Of a stretch of DNA of 64,000 nucleotides, positions 1 to 13,059 are shown in pieces; position 1 is the stretch's first letter; the number at the start of each line of letters is the position of its first letter. Where the stretch lies: assembly GCA_964016885.1 (NCBI GenBank), contig OZ024740.1:24242001-24306000 (forward strand), read 5' to 3'. The stretch is from Eledone cirrhosa. Its lineage: Eukaryota. A program made the translations under genes and the position numbers. Under the pieces are notes generated by a model that saw only the letters and a program-made list of their open reading frames with translations, was not told the origin of the DNA and made no database searches.

Positions 1-39
1 GTTGCTTCCCTTTCTTTTTGCCGAGTCAGAGCACTGATA

Positions 40-143
<104 letters not shown>

Positions 144-335
144 CATATATATATACATATATATATATACGGGGTAACAAATAATAGTTATATCCAGTCC
201 CCTTAGGTGTAGTCCAGTTATGGTATTCCGGGTAGTGGATGATATCAACGCTAGGCTTGGTTTGACTCAACAAGGCGTATTCATAGTGATGTTGCGAGTA
301 TACTGTAATTCCTATGTTGTAAACACATTCTCGCA

Positions 336-443
336 TGCTCCGAAGAACTGACTGGTTATAATTTCGTATTGGCGATCGAGTAACGTGAAAACAAGCGAAT
401 AGCGATCTCTAGACCTACCAGTTCAGAGAAACAATTGTCAGCA
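336..443 (+). ncRNA. Type I hammerhead ribozyme with ~81-nt stem II (U4C core variant)
   Basis: TGCT-CCGAAGA-[ACTGACTGGT...ACCAGTTCAGA]-GAAA-CAATTG-TC|AGCA. Stem I TGCT/AGCA, palindromic stem III ACAATTGT. Lies in a ~330 bp unique island between (TA)n tracts. Confidence 0.7.
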
Positions 444-498
444 ATGGGATTAAAAACATTTTTTGTATTGCAAACCATGTCAATCTTCTTACCTGATT

Positions 499-552
<54 letters not shown>

Positions 553-555
<3 letters not shown>

Positions 556-682
556 CTTCATTCCTCTACACGTCTTATACACGCCACGCATCTCAACGTA
601 CACCCACTTACATCTCTCTCTCCACCACTGGATCTTGTTACCCGGAGATTTGCATTGTTGAAGCTTCCAAACGACTTAAATA

Positions 683-757
<75 letters not shown>

Positions 758-1645
758 CAACACGAGAGAGAGTTGGGAGAGATTTAATTGTCCCTATATA
801 TTTCTGATTCACATCCATCAACTGGAGGGGTGGAGGAAAGGTTGTCTGTCGGAAAGGTGCGAAACGTGTCCTCCGCTGTTCGTTGTTTTGCATATCTGAG
901 GTATTCAGCAGAGCGCGCGTGCGCGTGAAATGGGGTCGGTATGGCAGAGATCAGCGGCCGAAGTAGTTCTTTCAATTGTGGGAGTGGGGTGGCGCTAGCT
1001 GTCAGTCCATTCTCTGCCTGTTTGTTAAATGTTACTGTGTGTGTGTGTGCGTGTGTTGTTGTCTCGCTTGAGTGTGTGTGTGCGTGTGTTGTTGCCTTGT
1101 TCCTCTGTATTGGCAGTGTAGTATGTTCGTATGGTGGAATGCTACTGTGTGTGTGTGTGCCTGTGCGTGTGTAGTTGTGTCGCTTGTGTGTGAGTGTACG
1201 TGTGTTGCTGCATCGTTTGTTAACTTAAACCAACCACCTTATTTCGCTTCTCTCGGATCGATTGTTTATTTGCGGTTCCAGGCGTTTGATAAAAAGTGCT
1301 TCCTTGATACGTAACGTGCCGACGTTTCTTTCAGTCGCTAGAATTGTGACAATGGGCCTTCCGTCTTTGTTTCCGCATTTGTCTATGTGTTTCCGGAAAA
1401 ACGAGGCCCTGGTTTTAGTGTGTTCCTTGATGCGGATGTGCAAAGGTCGGATTGTGCTACCTATATAGTATTGGTTGCACCTGTCGCATTCTTTTATCCT
1501 TTATACTCATTCCTTCAATCCTCTACACGTCTTATACACGCCACGCATCTCAACGTACACCCACTTACATCTCTCTCTCTACCACCGGATCTTGTTACCC
1601 GGAGATTTACCCATTTGCATTGTCGAGGCTTCCAAACAACTTAAA
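553..1645 (+). repeat. Direct repeat pair of ~130 bp (553-682 and 1510-1645)
   Basis: TCCTCTACACGTCTTATACACGCCACGCATCTCAACG...GGAGATTT occurs twice, on either side of a PLE endonuclease fragment. Confidence 0.85.
1225..1500 (-). pseudogene. PLE GIY-YIG endonuclease C-terminal fragment (Poseidon/Nematis-like)
   Basis: Translates as ECDRCNQYYIGSTIRPLHIRIKEH...LRIKEALFIKRLEPQINNRSE, with the YIG, catalytic R, E and N motifs. 5'-truncated. Confidence 0.85.
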
Positions 1646-1695
1646 GATATTTACCTATTATTCCACAATGCTTCAAGCAAACTTCAATACTCTCT

Positions 1696-1733
<38 letters not shown>

Positions 1734-1833
1734 AAATTGAGGTTGGTAATGGCACATGGAATATATAAGAGACAGAATACTTTTGTGTGAAAAAACATAA
1801 TTTTATAAGGTAAGGAAATAATAAAGGGTATAA

Positions 1834-1881
1834 AAAATGACCGGTTTCGATGGGTCTGCAAAAGCCATCTTTTCAAATGTT
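1834..1881 (-). ncRNA. Type I HHR, U3-A8 core variant
   Basis: Mirror copy of 3346-3393. Confidence 0.6.
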
Positions 1882-2357
1882 GATTAATATTAAGAAAAAT
1901 TAATAATACGAAGAGTTAAAATTTGAGATTTGAAAATTCAAGTATAAAATTCATTGTGGGATTTCATAGCAGTTTTAATCTAGGTAGCAACAACAGGTTG
2001 ACTGCTGTGTCCCTTTCTGGTAGTGAATGAGAAGTTATTTGGGGTGTGGGTTATTTTATAAAGGTCAGATTTAGCAACCGCCAACTGGCCAGCTGCTGGT
2101 CAGTGAGGGGGTGGAAGCAATATACATACACATATCTTCCTGTGGTGGGTAGGAGAGTGGAGCGTGATAGAAAGGGATTTAGTGCACTTACACCTATATA
2201 TACACACATACCTTCATCCACACATACATACATATACATATACATATACATATATATATATACATATACACACATACATACACACACACATATACATATA
2301 CATACACACATACACACACACACACATATATATACACATACACACACATATATATAC

Positions 2358-2398
<41 letters not shown>

Positions 2399-2415
2399 CA
2401 TACACATACATCCAG

Positions 2416-2448
<33 letters not shown>

Positions 2449-2457
2449 TATATATAT

Positions 2458-2503
<46 letters not shown>

Positions 2504-2804
2504 CCACACATACATACACACACACACACATATATATACATACACACATACAAACATACACACACACACACACATATATATACACAGACACACACGCATA
2601 TATATATATATATATATACACATACGCATACATCCAGATACACACATACATACACACACACACACACGCACACGTGTGCGTGTGTGTGTGTGTATGTATG
2701 TGTGTATCTGGATGTATGCGTATGTGTATATATATATGTTTGTATGTGTGTATGTATATATATGTGTGTGTGTGTGTATGTATGTGTGGGGGTGTGTGGG
2801 GGTG

Positions 2805-2841
<37 letters not shown>

Positions 2842-3345
2842 ATATATATATGTGTGTGTGTGTGTGTGTATGTATGTGTGTGTATGTGTATATATATGTG
2901 TGTGTGTGTGTATGTGTGTATGTATATGTATATGTGTGTGTGTATGTATGTGTGTATATGTATATATATATATATATGTATATGTATATGTATATGTATG
3001 TATGTGTGGATGAAGGTATGTGTGTATATATAGGTGTAAGTGCACTAAATCCCTTTCTATCCCGCTCCACTCTCCTACCCACCACAGGAAGATATGTGTA
3101 TGTATATTGCTTCCACCCCCTCACTGACCAGCAGCTGGCCAGTTGGCGATTGCTAAATCTGACCTTTATAAAATAACCCACACCCCAAATAACTTCTCAT
3201 TCACTACCATAAAGGGACACAGCAGTCAACCTGTTGTTGCTACCTAGATGAAAACTGCTATGAAATCCCACAATGAATTTTATACTTGAATTTTCAAATC
3301 TCAAATTTTAACTCTTCGTATTATTAATTTTTCTTAATATTAATC

Positions 3346-3393
3346 AACATTTGAAAAGATGGCTTTTGCAGACCCATCGAAACCGGTCATTTT
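3346..3393 (+). ncRNA. Type I HHR, U3-A8 core variant
   Basis: AT-TTGAAAA-GATGG-loop-CCATC-GAAA-CCGG-TC|AT. Stem II GATGG/CCATC, palindromic stem III ACCGGT, weak stem I. Confidence 0.6.
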
Positions 3394-3528
3394 TTATACC
3401 CTTTATTATTTCCTTACCTTATAAAGTTATGTTTTTTCACAAAAAATATTCTGTCTCTTATATATTCCATGTGCCATTACCAACCTCAATTTTCTCTATA
3501 ACCTTCGTTTTGTGTAGAAAATTACACT

Positions 3529-3641
<113 letters not shown>

Positions 3642-3948
3642 AAGCGAAAGAAAGAAAATAGAGTACATTGGCTCTTGTAATAAATGAACAATCAAAGTAT
3701 TATATTCAAACGAATTATTGGTTCTATTTGAACTGAATATGCAGACAAATGTAAACATTGATGAATAGTTTTGATTCGCCGAAAGTGAACATTATCAAAG
3801 AGAAACTCAGATATTTCTAGAAATATGGTTTTTAATTTTCTTGCAGTTATTTTAAAATGGCACTGTTATTTAACTTATAAGTTGAATATTATGTCGGCTC
3901 ATTGAGTGACCACATACAGAAATTAAAGTGCTACAATGACAAATGATG

Positions 3949-4130
3949 GTTTCTACTTTTTGCACAAGGCCAGCAATTATTCCAGTACATTACTGGTACT
4001 TTATTTTATCGACCCCGTAAGGGTAAAAGGCAAAGTTAACCACGACGGGATTTGAACTCAGACCGTAAAGGGAAGTAACTATGCTAGAAAGCATGGCGTC
4101 CAACCCTCTACCGATACTACCAATTGACCT
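3949..4130 (-). mobile_element. tRNA-derived SINE, family A (Meta-domain-like core)
   Basis: On -: GAGTTCAAATCCCG B-box, then TTTGCCTTT..CCTTACGGGGTCGATAAAATAAAGTACCAG. Several related copies in the window. Confidence 0.85.
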
Positions 4131-4270
4131 TCTACGATGATAAATAATAACTCTCTCTCTATTTATATATATATGTATATCGGATAGGATGTTGTAAAAA
4201 CCAGTTAGACCTTAACTCACCAGAGTACTCGATACTTGTGGTAGTAGAGTGGGTAATATGAAAAGAGTCA

Positions 4271-4373
4271 GGACCCCAACGGATGAGCTCCGGTCATTTC
4301 GACAGCTAGATACGAAGTAAAGCCTTATAGTTCGGATCAGGCTGTCGAAACGGCCGGAGCTCAGCCATCGGTG
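4271..4373. repeat. Hairpin made of two inverted 3' halves of an HHR (related to the 38278 family)
   Basis: GAGCTCCGGTCATTTCGACAGC...GCTGTCGAAACGGCCGGAGCTC. Confidence 0.75.
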
Positions 4374-4635
4374 TTTTGAATGTGTTCATATATATACACA
4401 CACACATGTTTACGCACGTGGACAAGAATAGCTATTTTTACAAGACGTTTTTTTTCCACTTCCTATAGACGCGCTCCATCATCCACTTTTCTAAAATATA
4501 AATCATACAAAAAACGCCACCACCAACAGTTTTGCAAGAGATGTCAACATGAATGGACCTGTTATTCTTATCTAAAGTCATTTTTTTGCAATTCCAACCC
4601 GCCCGTCCCCTCAATCTATGTTATTTCTCATTATT

Positions 4636-4671
4636 TCTTCTGATGAGGGACTACCGTCCGAAACGTTAAGA
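4636..4671 (+). ncRNA. Minimal type I HHR in a solo pLTR
   Basis: TCTT-CTGATGA-GGGAC-TACC-GTCC-GAAA-CG-TT|AAGA. Related copy at 60337-60372. Confidence 0.85.
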
Positions 4672-4778
4672 CCCTCTTCCTGCTATATCAAGCGTTAACC
4701 TAATATATCCCTTCCATATACTGTACCGATTGTGTTGTTATTTCTGTTTACATTTTACATACAAACGTACATATATAT

Positions 4779-4894
<116 letters not shown>

Positions 4895-5278
4895 ATTATT
4901 ATTAGAAATGCAAGCTATCGCCGTATTTTGACAAAAGAAATTAAAGAAATTATTTAGCTTGATAGTGGGGTTAAGAACCCTCGGAGAAATGGAAAAAGAT
5001 GAGTATTGACGTCCATGGGAGTCGAACATATATAAGTCATATATATATAAGTATGTATGTGTGTGTGTATTTCTCTAGGTATTTCACCGACAAAGGTATA
5101 AGAACATTTTCTATGTAGATCCAAACATACATCATTTAAATTTTATGTACAAGCCACTTTGGTGTATTCAAGAGAGAGGGAGGAGTGCTGGCAGTCAAGG
5201 ATCAGATTATTGCAATTTTGAATCGCATTATAACCCCTTGAGACCTTAAAATGTCGACATGTATAAGTATACATATAT

Positions 5279-5333
<55 letters not shown>

Positions 5334-5609
5334 CATACATATATATATATAAAATATGTAGTTTAGAAAGCCACAACAATGCAGATGGGAAATCTCGAGG
5401 TAGGAAGTGAGTGAGAAATATTTATATATATACAGATACACACACACATATATTAATATTGTATTGCACTGGATACATACATTTTATATATATATATATA
5501 TATATAAATACAAATACACACACATGCACACATATATATTAATATTGTACTGAATACATACATTACATATATATATATAAATATAGTATATAGTATATAT
5601 ATATATAAA

Positions 5610-5688
<79 letters not shown>

Positions 5689-5880
5689 GTATAGGATTAT
5701 CCAAGATGTAGTAATGGTTAATTACTACACTGGATATGGTTGACGTACGGTAAGAGGTTACTCTACGAGTTATGGAAGAATTGTTCAAGAAACTTAGTTC
5801 CTGATCCTTCAGTATTCCGGAGTGTATATAAAGAATGAATAATAACAGGTTGACATCATAAAAAAGTAATTTATTCCGTG

Positions 5881-5992
5881 TGCTTACAAGTGTTTCCACG
5901 GTGGTACTGCAGCCTAGTTCCGCTACGTGCAAATTCACAAGTACTTGCAGAACTCGAATATCCAATGCTGTGACCACTGTTTCCTCAGAGCA
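5881..5992 (-). ncRNA. Type I HHR with ~85-nt extended stem II
   Basis: TGCT-CTGAGGA-[ACAGTGGT..CAGC..AGTTCTGC...GCGGAACT..GCTG..ACCACCGT]-GAAA-CACTTG-TA|AGCA. Sense to the ORF. Confidence 0.8.
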
Positions 5993-6487
5993 GTATGGTA
6001 AATGTACAATGTAAATACCCTTAAGTGGGGTTGTTGGGGAAGATAGAGTAGAACAGGAAGAGAGAAAAGTAGGGAAGAGGGAGAGAGAAAGAAAGATATG
6101 CAGGGGTTGGAGAAGTAGGAGAGAGTGGCTTGTAGATATCTTAATCAAAATGTTATGGTAGGGGTTTTATTATACTGGTTACTTTTGGAGAGATGCGTTG
6201 ATAGTTAAGGTCGGAATTATTTATTGCCCCAGAGGGCAGGTTCATAGATGTTGAGAGGGAGGTAGGTCAAAGGTGAGAGAGAGAGAGTGTAATGGATGTA
6301 GAGAGAGATATAGGTAGAGAGGGGACAGATAAAGTATGTGTGGTGAGTGAACTTTTGGTTTTGTAGTAGTAATCTAGGAATTGCACTGAGTTACCATGTA
6401 TAGTGATAAGCAGTGTATTGTCTTGTAGTGTGGGGGGAAGAGAAGGTTGTTAGCTAGAAAGGGGTGTTATAGTTACGGGTTTGAATG

Positions 6488-7686
6488 TTAAGTTATTTTA
6501 TAGTGAGAGAATTTAGTTTTTAGTTTGTGGTTGCAGTATAATGATCGTTCAATTCTATCGTTAAGTAGTTTGTTTTTGGATTTTAATATGTAAAATAGCT
6601 CAAGGTTACATAACCTGCAGTACTTCAATCCACTCCGATATGCACTTGCGCTGGAAAGTATATCCCATTTTAAGGTGAACTGTTGGTTGTGTTCACGGAG
6701 TTGCCAGGTCTTGTTGGCGAGCGTGGTCACAAAACGGTGATTCGGATGTTTGATTGAGAATCGATGACGGTACCAGCGAGATTTAAACGATGTGGTGGTA
6801 GATCCGATATAATACCATTTCTGGTCGTTCGATTCAACCGTGCATTGGTAAACAATGTTGGACTTTAGGCATTCATTCTGCAATGGACATCTTTCAGGTA
6901 GATGGCAGTTACATTCTTTGTTGTGGGTAGCGGGTATACCATGGATAGTTTGTGATAGCGGTACAGGTGGGTTGTGTAATACCCGTCTCCCATTTAGTGG
7001 TTGGGAGGCAGATATTGCGTTCTGCCCATCTGTTACTAAAATGTTTTGTTTTGTAGAGTTGTTTAATTGCCTTAAGTTAAGTTTTTTTATGTATGCTTCA
7101 AGGTTTGGTGCCGTGGAGTATGATAGTCTAATAGTTTTAGTGTTCAGAATTTTGCTGTATTTATGGGAACTAGGGAAGTGTTTGTTGATTAATTTAAAGA
7201 ATGAAAGAGATAGTTTTGTACTAATCGAGGCATTAAAAATAGGATTGTACCAGATATACTTTCTACAACGTGATTTATTTGGTGGTGATCTTCTATTATT
7301 AGTATGTCTGGTAGTACTGTGTGTGTGTGCTTGTGTTTTAGTCCCCCGGTTACGTATACCTTGATTTCGTGTAGAGCTATGTGTGTTGTGGAAATTCCTA
7401 TCGATGTATTCTATTGTATCCCGGTGGTCAGCATTCCTTAATGCATTATTGTAGTATTCAGCATGTTCACTAAAAATATCAGAGTTAGACGATAGGCGAG
7501 AGATTCTAAGAGAAATACTCCGGGGAACTGATTTGATCATGGAGAGTGGGTGGTTAGAGTTAAAGTTAATATACGTAAGGTTCTCATTTACCTTGTGGAA
7601 GGGTCGTATCTGTCCGGTATTTAAATTAAGAGTTACGTCCAGAAAGTTTACTACTTTAAGATTGTATTCGTATGTTATTTTGTATT
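6488..7686 (-). pseudogene. Naiad-type PLE RT thumb plus GIY-YIG, 5'-truncated
   Basis: VVNFLDVTL...IWYNP...CNCHLPERCPLQNEC..NIVY..YYIGST..FKSRW..CRLCNLE..LLND..CNH. Confidence 0.9.
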
Positions 7687-7780
7687 CGTAGCGGAACTAG
7701 GCTGCAGTACCACCGTGGAAACACTTGTAAGCACACGGAATAAATTACCTTTTTATGATGTCTACCTGTTATTATTCATT

Positions 7781-7864
<84 letters not shown>

Positions 7865-8574
7865 TATATATATACATGTATGTATATGTATATATATATA
7901 TATATGCCTTTGTCAAGGCAGAATTCTAGAAGGAAAACTCTGATATAACACCTGCAACCCTGATGGTATCCAATGATGTTGACTTGTTCTTCTTTTTGGT
8001 AAATATCATCTTGGTTAAGAGAGTGGGACTGGCTTTGTGCATTGCCTTTGCTCACTATAAAAGCTTCACGGCATAGGCTTTGCTTTATATCTGCAGATCT
8101 CTCTGCACTTGTTGTCACATGGTACCATGGGCCCAGCACTATGTGTCAATAATTGTCACAATTGTAGTGTTTGTACCAGAGTTTTCATGTCACAGGCTGG
8201 ACTAAAAAGTCACACTCGTTCAGCGCATCGGTAGGGGTTCTCCTACAAGGATATAAAGTAGTGGCCGTACTCGAAAACGAGTTGGCAGCCACCATATATA
8301 TATATATGTGTGTAATCCATGGACTCAGTGCAATATTAAAGTGCAGCAAGATGTTTATTCAGTACTAAACAACAATAAGCAGCAATCACAATAACAACAG
8401 TAATATAAATATTGTAATAAACAGGAGAAATTCCAGTCTGGGATTAATGAGGTTGAGGGAGCTAAGAATCATTCACGTTTGGTTATCTCACAGCAAACTC
8501 CCCCCCCCCCCCCCAGACATATACAACCACACACACAGAAATACTCATACATAAACACAAACACACACACACGT

Positions 8575-8830
8575 GTGTGTGTGTGTGTGACAGCTCACAC
8601 CTATGCAGGTTTAGCTGGCCTCCTCCAAGGTATATCTCGTTGGAGGTGTCTTGGGTAATTCAACGATAGGGACCCCAGTGCTATCATCTCATTTCTACAG
8701 CTGAGTAAACTGGAGCAACCTGAAATAAAGTGTCTTGCTCAAGGAAAAAACACATCACCCGGTCTGAGAATTGAACTCACAACCTTTCAATTGCAAGCCC
8801 AATGCTCTAACCACTAAGCCATGCGCCTTC
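8575..8830 (-). mobile_element. tRNA-derived CORE-like SINE, family B, with (CA)n tail
   Basis: On -: TGGCTTAGTGG A-box, GAGTTCAATTC B-box, then CCTTGAGCAAGACACTT...CAGTTTACTCAGCTGTAGAAATGAG. Second copy at 39917-40175. Confidence 0.8.
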
Positions 8831-9318
8831 ACTCACACACATACACAGATATATATATATAGAAGGAGAATTATAATTTAGCTTCGAATATATCTGTATA
8901 CAAATATGTATTTGAATTTCGTATTTCTGGAGAAATACGGTATGTATATAAATAAATATTTATAAAGCCATAGCTACGAATAACACACTGGCAGCTAACG
9001 CCACCATGTGGTACTTCAACAGAAGTACAGCTCACAGTTCACACGCCAAACTGTCAGAACTAGTGAAAATATATGTTATTTTCAAAAATACACAGTGAGT
9101 GATCGGCCTGATTTGCATATTATCAGGCTGGCTGATCAGTCGGATCTGCATATTAGCAGATCCACTGATCAGCCAGAATTGCATATCAGCAGACTGGCCA
9201 GTCAGCTTCCTGTATACGAGCGATTAATGGCCGGCTTTGCCAAATTCAAATAAAAAAGAAAATTTCGCTCTACATGGCTGAATACAATAAATGTAATCTG
9301 AGTTTTTCGAATATTAAT

Positions 9319-9503
9319 TGTTTCTACTTTAGGCACAAGGCCAGCAATTACCCAGTGCCTTACTGGTACTTTATTTTATCGACCCCGTAAGGATGAAAGG
9401 CAAAGTCAACCTCGGCGGGATTTGAACTCAGATCGTAAAGGGACGTAACTATGCTGGAAAGCATGGCGTCCGACCCTCTACCGATACTACCAATCCACCG
9501 CCC
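9319..9503 (-). mobile_element. SINE family A with target-site duplication TCGAATATTAAT
   Basis: Full copy with the duplicated 12-mer on both sides. Confidence 0.9.
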
Positions 9504-9661
9504 TCGAATATTAATGATAACATTCTTGCTCTTGTGTTGGCATGCGAACAGAATTGCAGACACTAATGTTTCTGGGTATCACAAGAGCAAGAATGAAGGG
9601 TTCATTCTACTGACATGGCTACAAATTGAGGCTTGCTTGCAAAATTGCAAACGAATCGAAT

Positions 9662-9846
9662 GTTGGATTGGCAGTATCGGTAGAGGGTCGGACGCTATGC
9701 TTTGACGTAGAGAGTTACGGCCCTATCATTCTGAGTTCAAATTTCGCCGAGGTTAACTTTGCCTTTCATCCTTACGGGGTCGATAAAATAAAGTACCAGT
9801 AATGCTCTGGGTAATTGCTGGCCTTGTGCCAAACGTAGAAACAATT
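9662..9846 (+). mobile_element. SINE family A (different head subfamily)
   Basis: TGGCAGTATCGG A-box, GAGTTCAAAT B-box, same core as other family A copies. Confidence 0.88.
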
Positions 9847-9878
9847 ATTAATATTCGAAAAACTCAGATTACATTTAT

Positions 9879-9943
<65 letters not shown>

Positions 9944-9945
<2 letters not shown>

Positions 9946-11735
9946 CCTGTTGAGGGTATTTGCCACAAGTGACGTCAGTGAGATCCCCCTGTAGTTGTTG
10001 GTGTTAGAGAGATCTCCCTTCTTTGGCACTGGGACGATGTTACTGATCCTCCACTGATTCGGGGCAACTCCTTTCTCCAGTGCCTTGTTACAGAACCCCA
10101 GGATGATATCATCAAAATTACACCTCTTCATCACCTCTGATGCCACTCCATTTCTCCATGTGCCTTGCCCTCCTTGATCCTCTTCTTGGCTCTCTGAAGT
10201 TCCTCTCTGGTGAAAGGCTCTGTCTCAATATCCAGTTCTTCAAACAGCCGCCTGATCTCCCCAGTGATCTGGCCTGTGGAGGGTGGCTCTCATAGTAGGG
10301 TCCTAAAATGGTCTAGCCATTTCCTCTTCCTATCCTCGGGCCCCGTTCCCTGGATCTGACTCGAACGTCTTCTCTTCCTCCCTGTGATCTCGTTGATGAT
10401 CATCCAGCTCTCCTTACATCCAGATCTGTCAACAGCTCTCTTCACACTTCTGATCATCTCTATCAGTGCCTCCTCTCTGGCCTCAGTGTAAGCGGTACAG
10501 GGTTCTTCCCTCATTACCACCACAGTCTCCACCCTCTGCTCCGTAGGATCAGCATAGTATTGGTCCTTGGCAGCTTTCAGGTGTTCTCTGGCTGCACACA
10601 CTTTTGGGTTTGCAGAGCTGACGTGCTTCCTTTTGTTCTTTTTCCTCGGCACCAGGAAGGCCTTTGATTCTGTGGACCGTCAATGCCTGATGAATATCTT
10701 ACAGGCTTATGGAATCCCCAAGAAGATAGTGGACCTGATATCACTGCTCTACACCAACACCAAAGCCCAAGTCATTACATCTGATGGGATTCAGAGTTCT
10801 TTGAGATACTGGCTGGAGTGCTCCAGGGAGATACATTGGCTCCCTATCTTTTTATCATCGTAGTGGACTATTGGATTCGCCTTGCACTTGAGAAACACCA
10901 GGACTCTGGCTTTACTGTAGCACCGGCTCAGAGCAGGAGAGTTAAGGCGAAAAAAGTATCAGATGCTGAACTTGCCGACGACATAGTTTTGGTGACAAAT
11001 ACAGTGAAGGAGGTAGAGGATTTGATGCAGGAGGTTGAGATTGTGTCGATGAGTGTGGGGCTGAGAATGAATGAGACTAAAACAAAATATCTGGTAGAGA
11101 ATGTTGAGAAGCCAGAGGGGATCACTTATGTAGGCGGGAAGCCGCTAGAATTGGTTGAGGGCTTCCTGTATTTGGGAGCAAAGATTGGGAATACGGAGGA
11201 TGATGTGGTTGAGAGGAAGAGAAAAGCCTGGGCAGCGTGCCACAGCTTGAGATCGGTGTGGAAGTCGGACCTTCGTAAAAACCTGAAAATCCACCTCTTC
11301 ATTGCTGTAGTGGAGTCTGTGCTGCTGTACGGGTCTGAGACATGGACACTGACCAAGAAACTCACTCAGATGGTGGATGGGTGCTACACGAGAATGCTGA
11401 GGATGGCTCTGAACATTAATCAGTATACACTGAGGATGAAAAACTCAGAGCTGTATGGGATCCTCCCAAAAGTCAGCTCAAATGTGACACAGAGGAGACT
11501 GAGGTTTGCTGTACATGCTCACCGACATCCAGAGTTGACATTGCACTCAGTGCTCCTGTGGGAGCCCCTACATGGACACACTGGAAGAGGAAGACCAAGG
11601 TTAACGTATGTTGATGCCCTAAGGACAGATACTGGTCTGTTGGAGACGAAGGACATGGCAGCGATAATGAGGGACAGAGACCGCTGGAGAGAACTCGTCC
11701 ATGGATCTCTGGAATTCTACCCGCCCTAGAATAGA
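9944..11735 (+). mobile_element. RTE-clade LINE, 5'-truncated and 5'-inverted
   Basis: + strand 10653-11729 gives KAFDSV..GVLQGDTLAPYLF..LADDI..LLYGSETWTL..GRGRP (one frameshift). - strand 10652-9944 gives the upstream part ending IVPVPKKGD..NYRGISLTS. (TA)n flanks. Confidence 0.9.
10653..11729 (+). pseudogene. RTE reverse transcriptase C-terminal part
   Basis: RT motifs from KAFD onward and RTE-like C-terminus, with a frameshift near 10790-10810. Confidence 0.88.
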
Positions 11736-11786
11736 ATATATATATATATGTATGCATGTATATATATATATATATATGTATATATA

Positions 11787-11956
<170 letters not shown>

Positions 11957-12006
11957 TAATGAAATGACAGGAGGCTGGATTTGTGTAAATCCTTGAAAGG
12001 TTTATT

Positions 12007-12064
12007 ATACTATGATCATTTCAATGACCGGGTTCCGTATGAATCCGGTGATATCATCAGGTAT
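12007..12064 (-). ncRNA. Type I HHR (inverted copy)
   Basis: Reverse complement of 13060-13117. Confidence 0.85.
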
Positions 12065-13059
12065 TCGAAATATAATACGTGAATGTAATAGATAAAATCC
12101 ATGGGGCTGAAAATCGAGGACTCGAGGGCGACCGCTATTCTGTTCCTTCAACCTCAGCCGGTCACCCTGGAGTGACGTGGCTAAAATTTATAGTATGCTA
12201 CTACCGGTCAGATAAACGAAAACAGAAAGGGATGGGAACATAAGTTAACGTCAATCTCATGACACAAGGTAAAAGAAAGAAAGAAAGGAAGGAGAGAGAA
12301 GAAGGGGGCAGAAAGAAGAAGAGTAGCCAGGGTTAATGTCAGCTAAAAGAAGAAAGGCAACTACTACCGGTCAGATATAGGCAAGCAAGAGGGGAAGGAA
12401 GATAAGTCTGCGGGAGGAAGACAGGAAGAGGGGAGAAGAGAAGGAAGAGAAGAGAGAAGTAGAAGAGTAAGGGTTGATGGCTACAAGAAGGAAGATAGAA
12501 AGAAAGAGGAAGGAAGGTCGATATTAATGTCAGACCACAGTCAGGCCAGGAGTGGCGCGAGAAAATGTTCACAGGGACCCGCATCTTAGCAGAGGTGAAT
12601 ATATTGGGAGTCAGTGTGTTACAGTGTTTAGACTTCTAGGATGAAGTTAAACAAATTAATAATCAATATTCAATATTAAAGAGGTTAGAAAATTTAAAGT
12701 TCAACAGTTTAACACTTTCAGGTTGATATATCTAATAGTTCCGATTTGTTCTGTAATTTAAAGGTACTATGTGGCGGTTAAAACCCCGGCCGCGCCCCGG
12801 GCCCCATGGCAAATTAAGCCACGCCAAGTATTTTCATTTACCGAAAGAAGGGGAAATTGTGTCATGAGATTGACGTTAACTTATGTTCCCATCCCTTTCT
12901 GTTTTCGTTTATCTGACCGGTAGTAGCATACTAGAAACTTTAGCCACGTCACTCCAGGGCGACCGGCTGAGGTTGAAGGAACAGAATAGCGGTCGCCCTC
13001 GAGTCCTCGATTTTCAGCCCCATGGATTTTATCTATTACATTCACGTATTATATTTCGA

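Larger units (their letters stand above)
5690..7785 (-). mobile_element. 5'-truncated Naiad-type PLE with short inverted pLTR piece (7687-7785)
   Basis: RT-thumb/GIY-YIG ORF and a 3' UTR with HHR. 7687-7785 is the reverse complement of ~5830-5927. (TA)n on both sides. Confidence 0.9.

Noticed and set aside
792-829. Possible HHR on - (CAGTTGA..GAAATATATA|GGG) at the 3' end of the first PLE fragment
   Set aside because: The core has two non-compensatory changes and weak stems; too decayed to call.
8760-8830. tRNA gene
   Set aside because: A and B boxes are present, but the sequence continues into a SINE core and tail; it is a SINE head.
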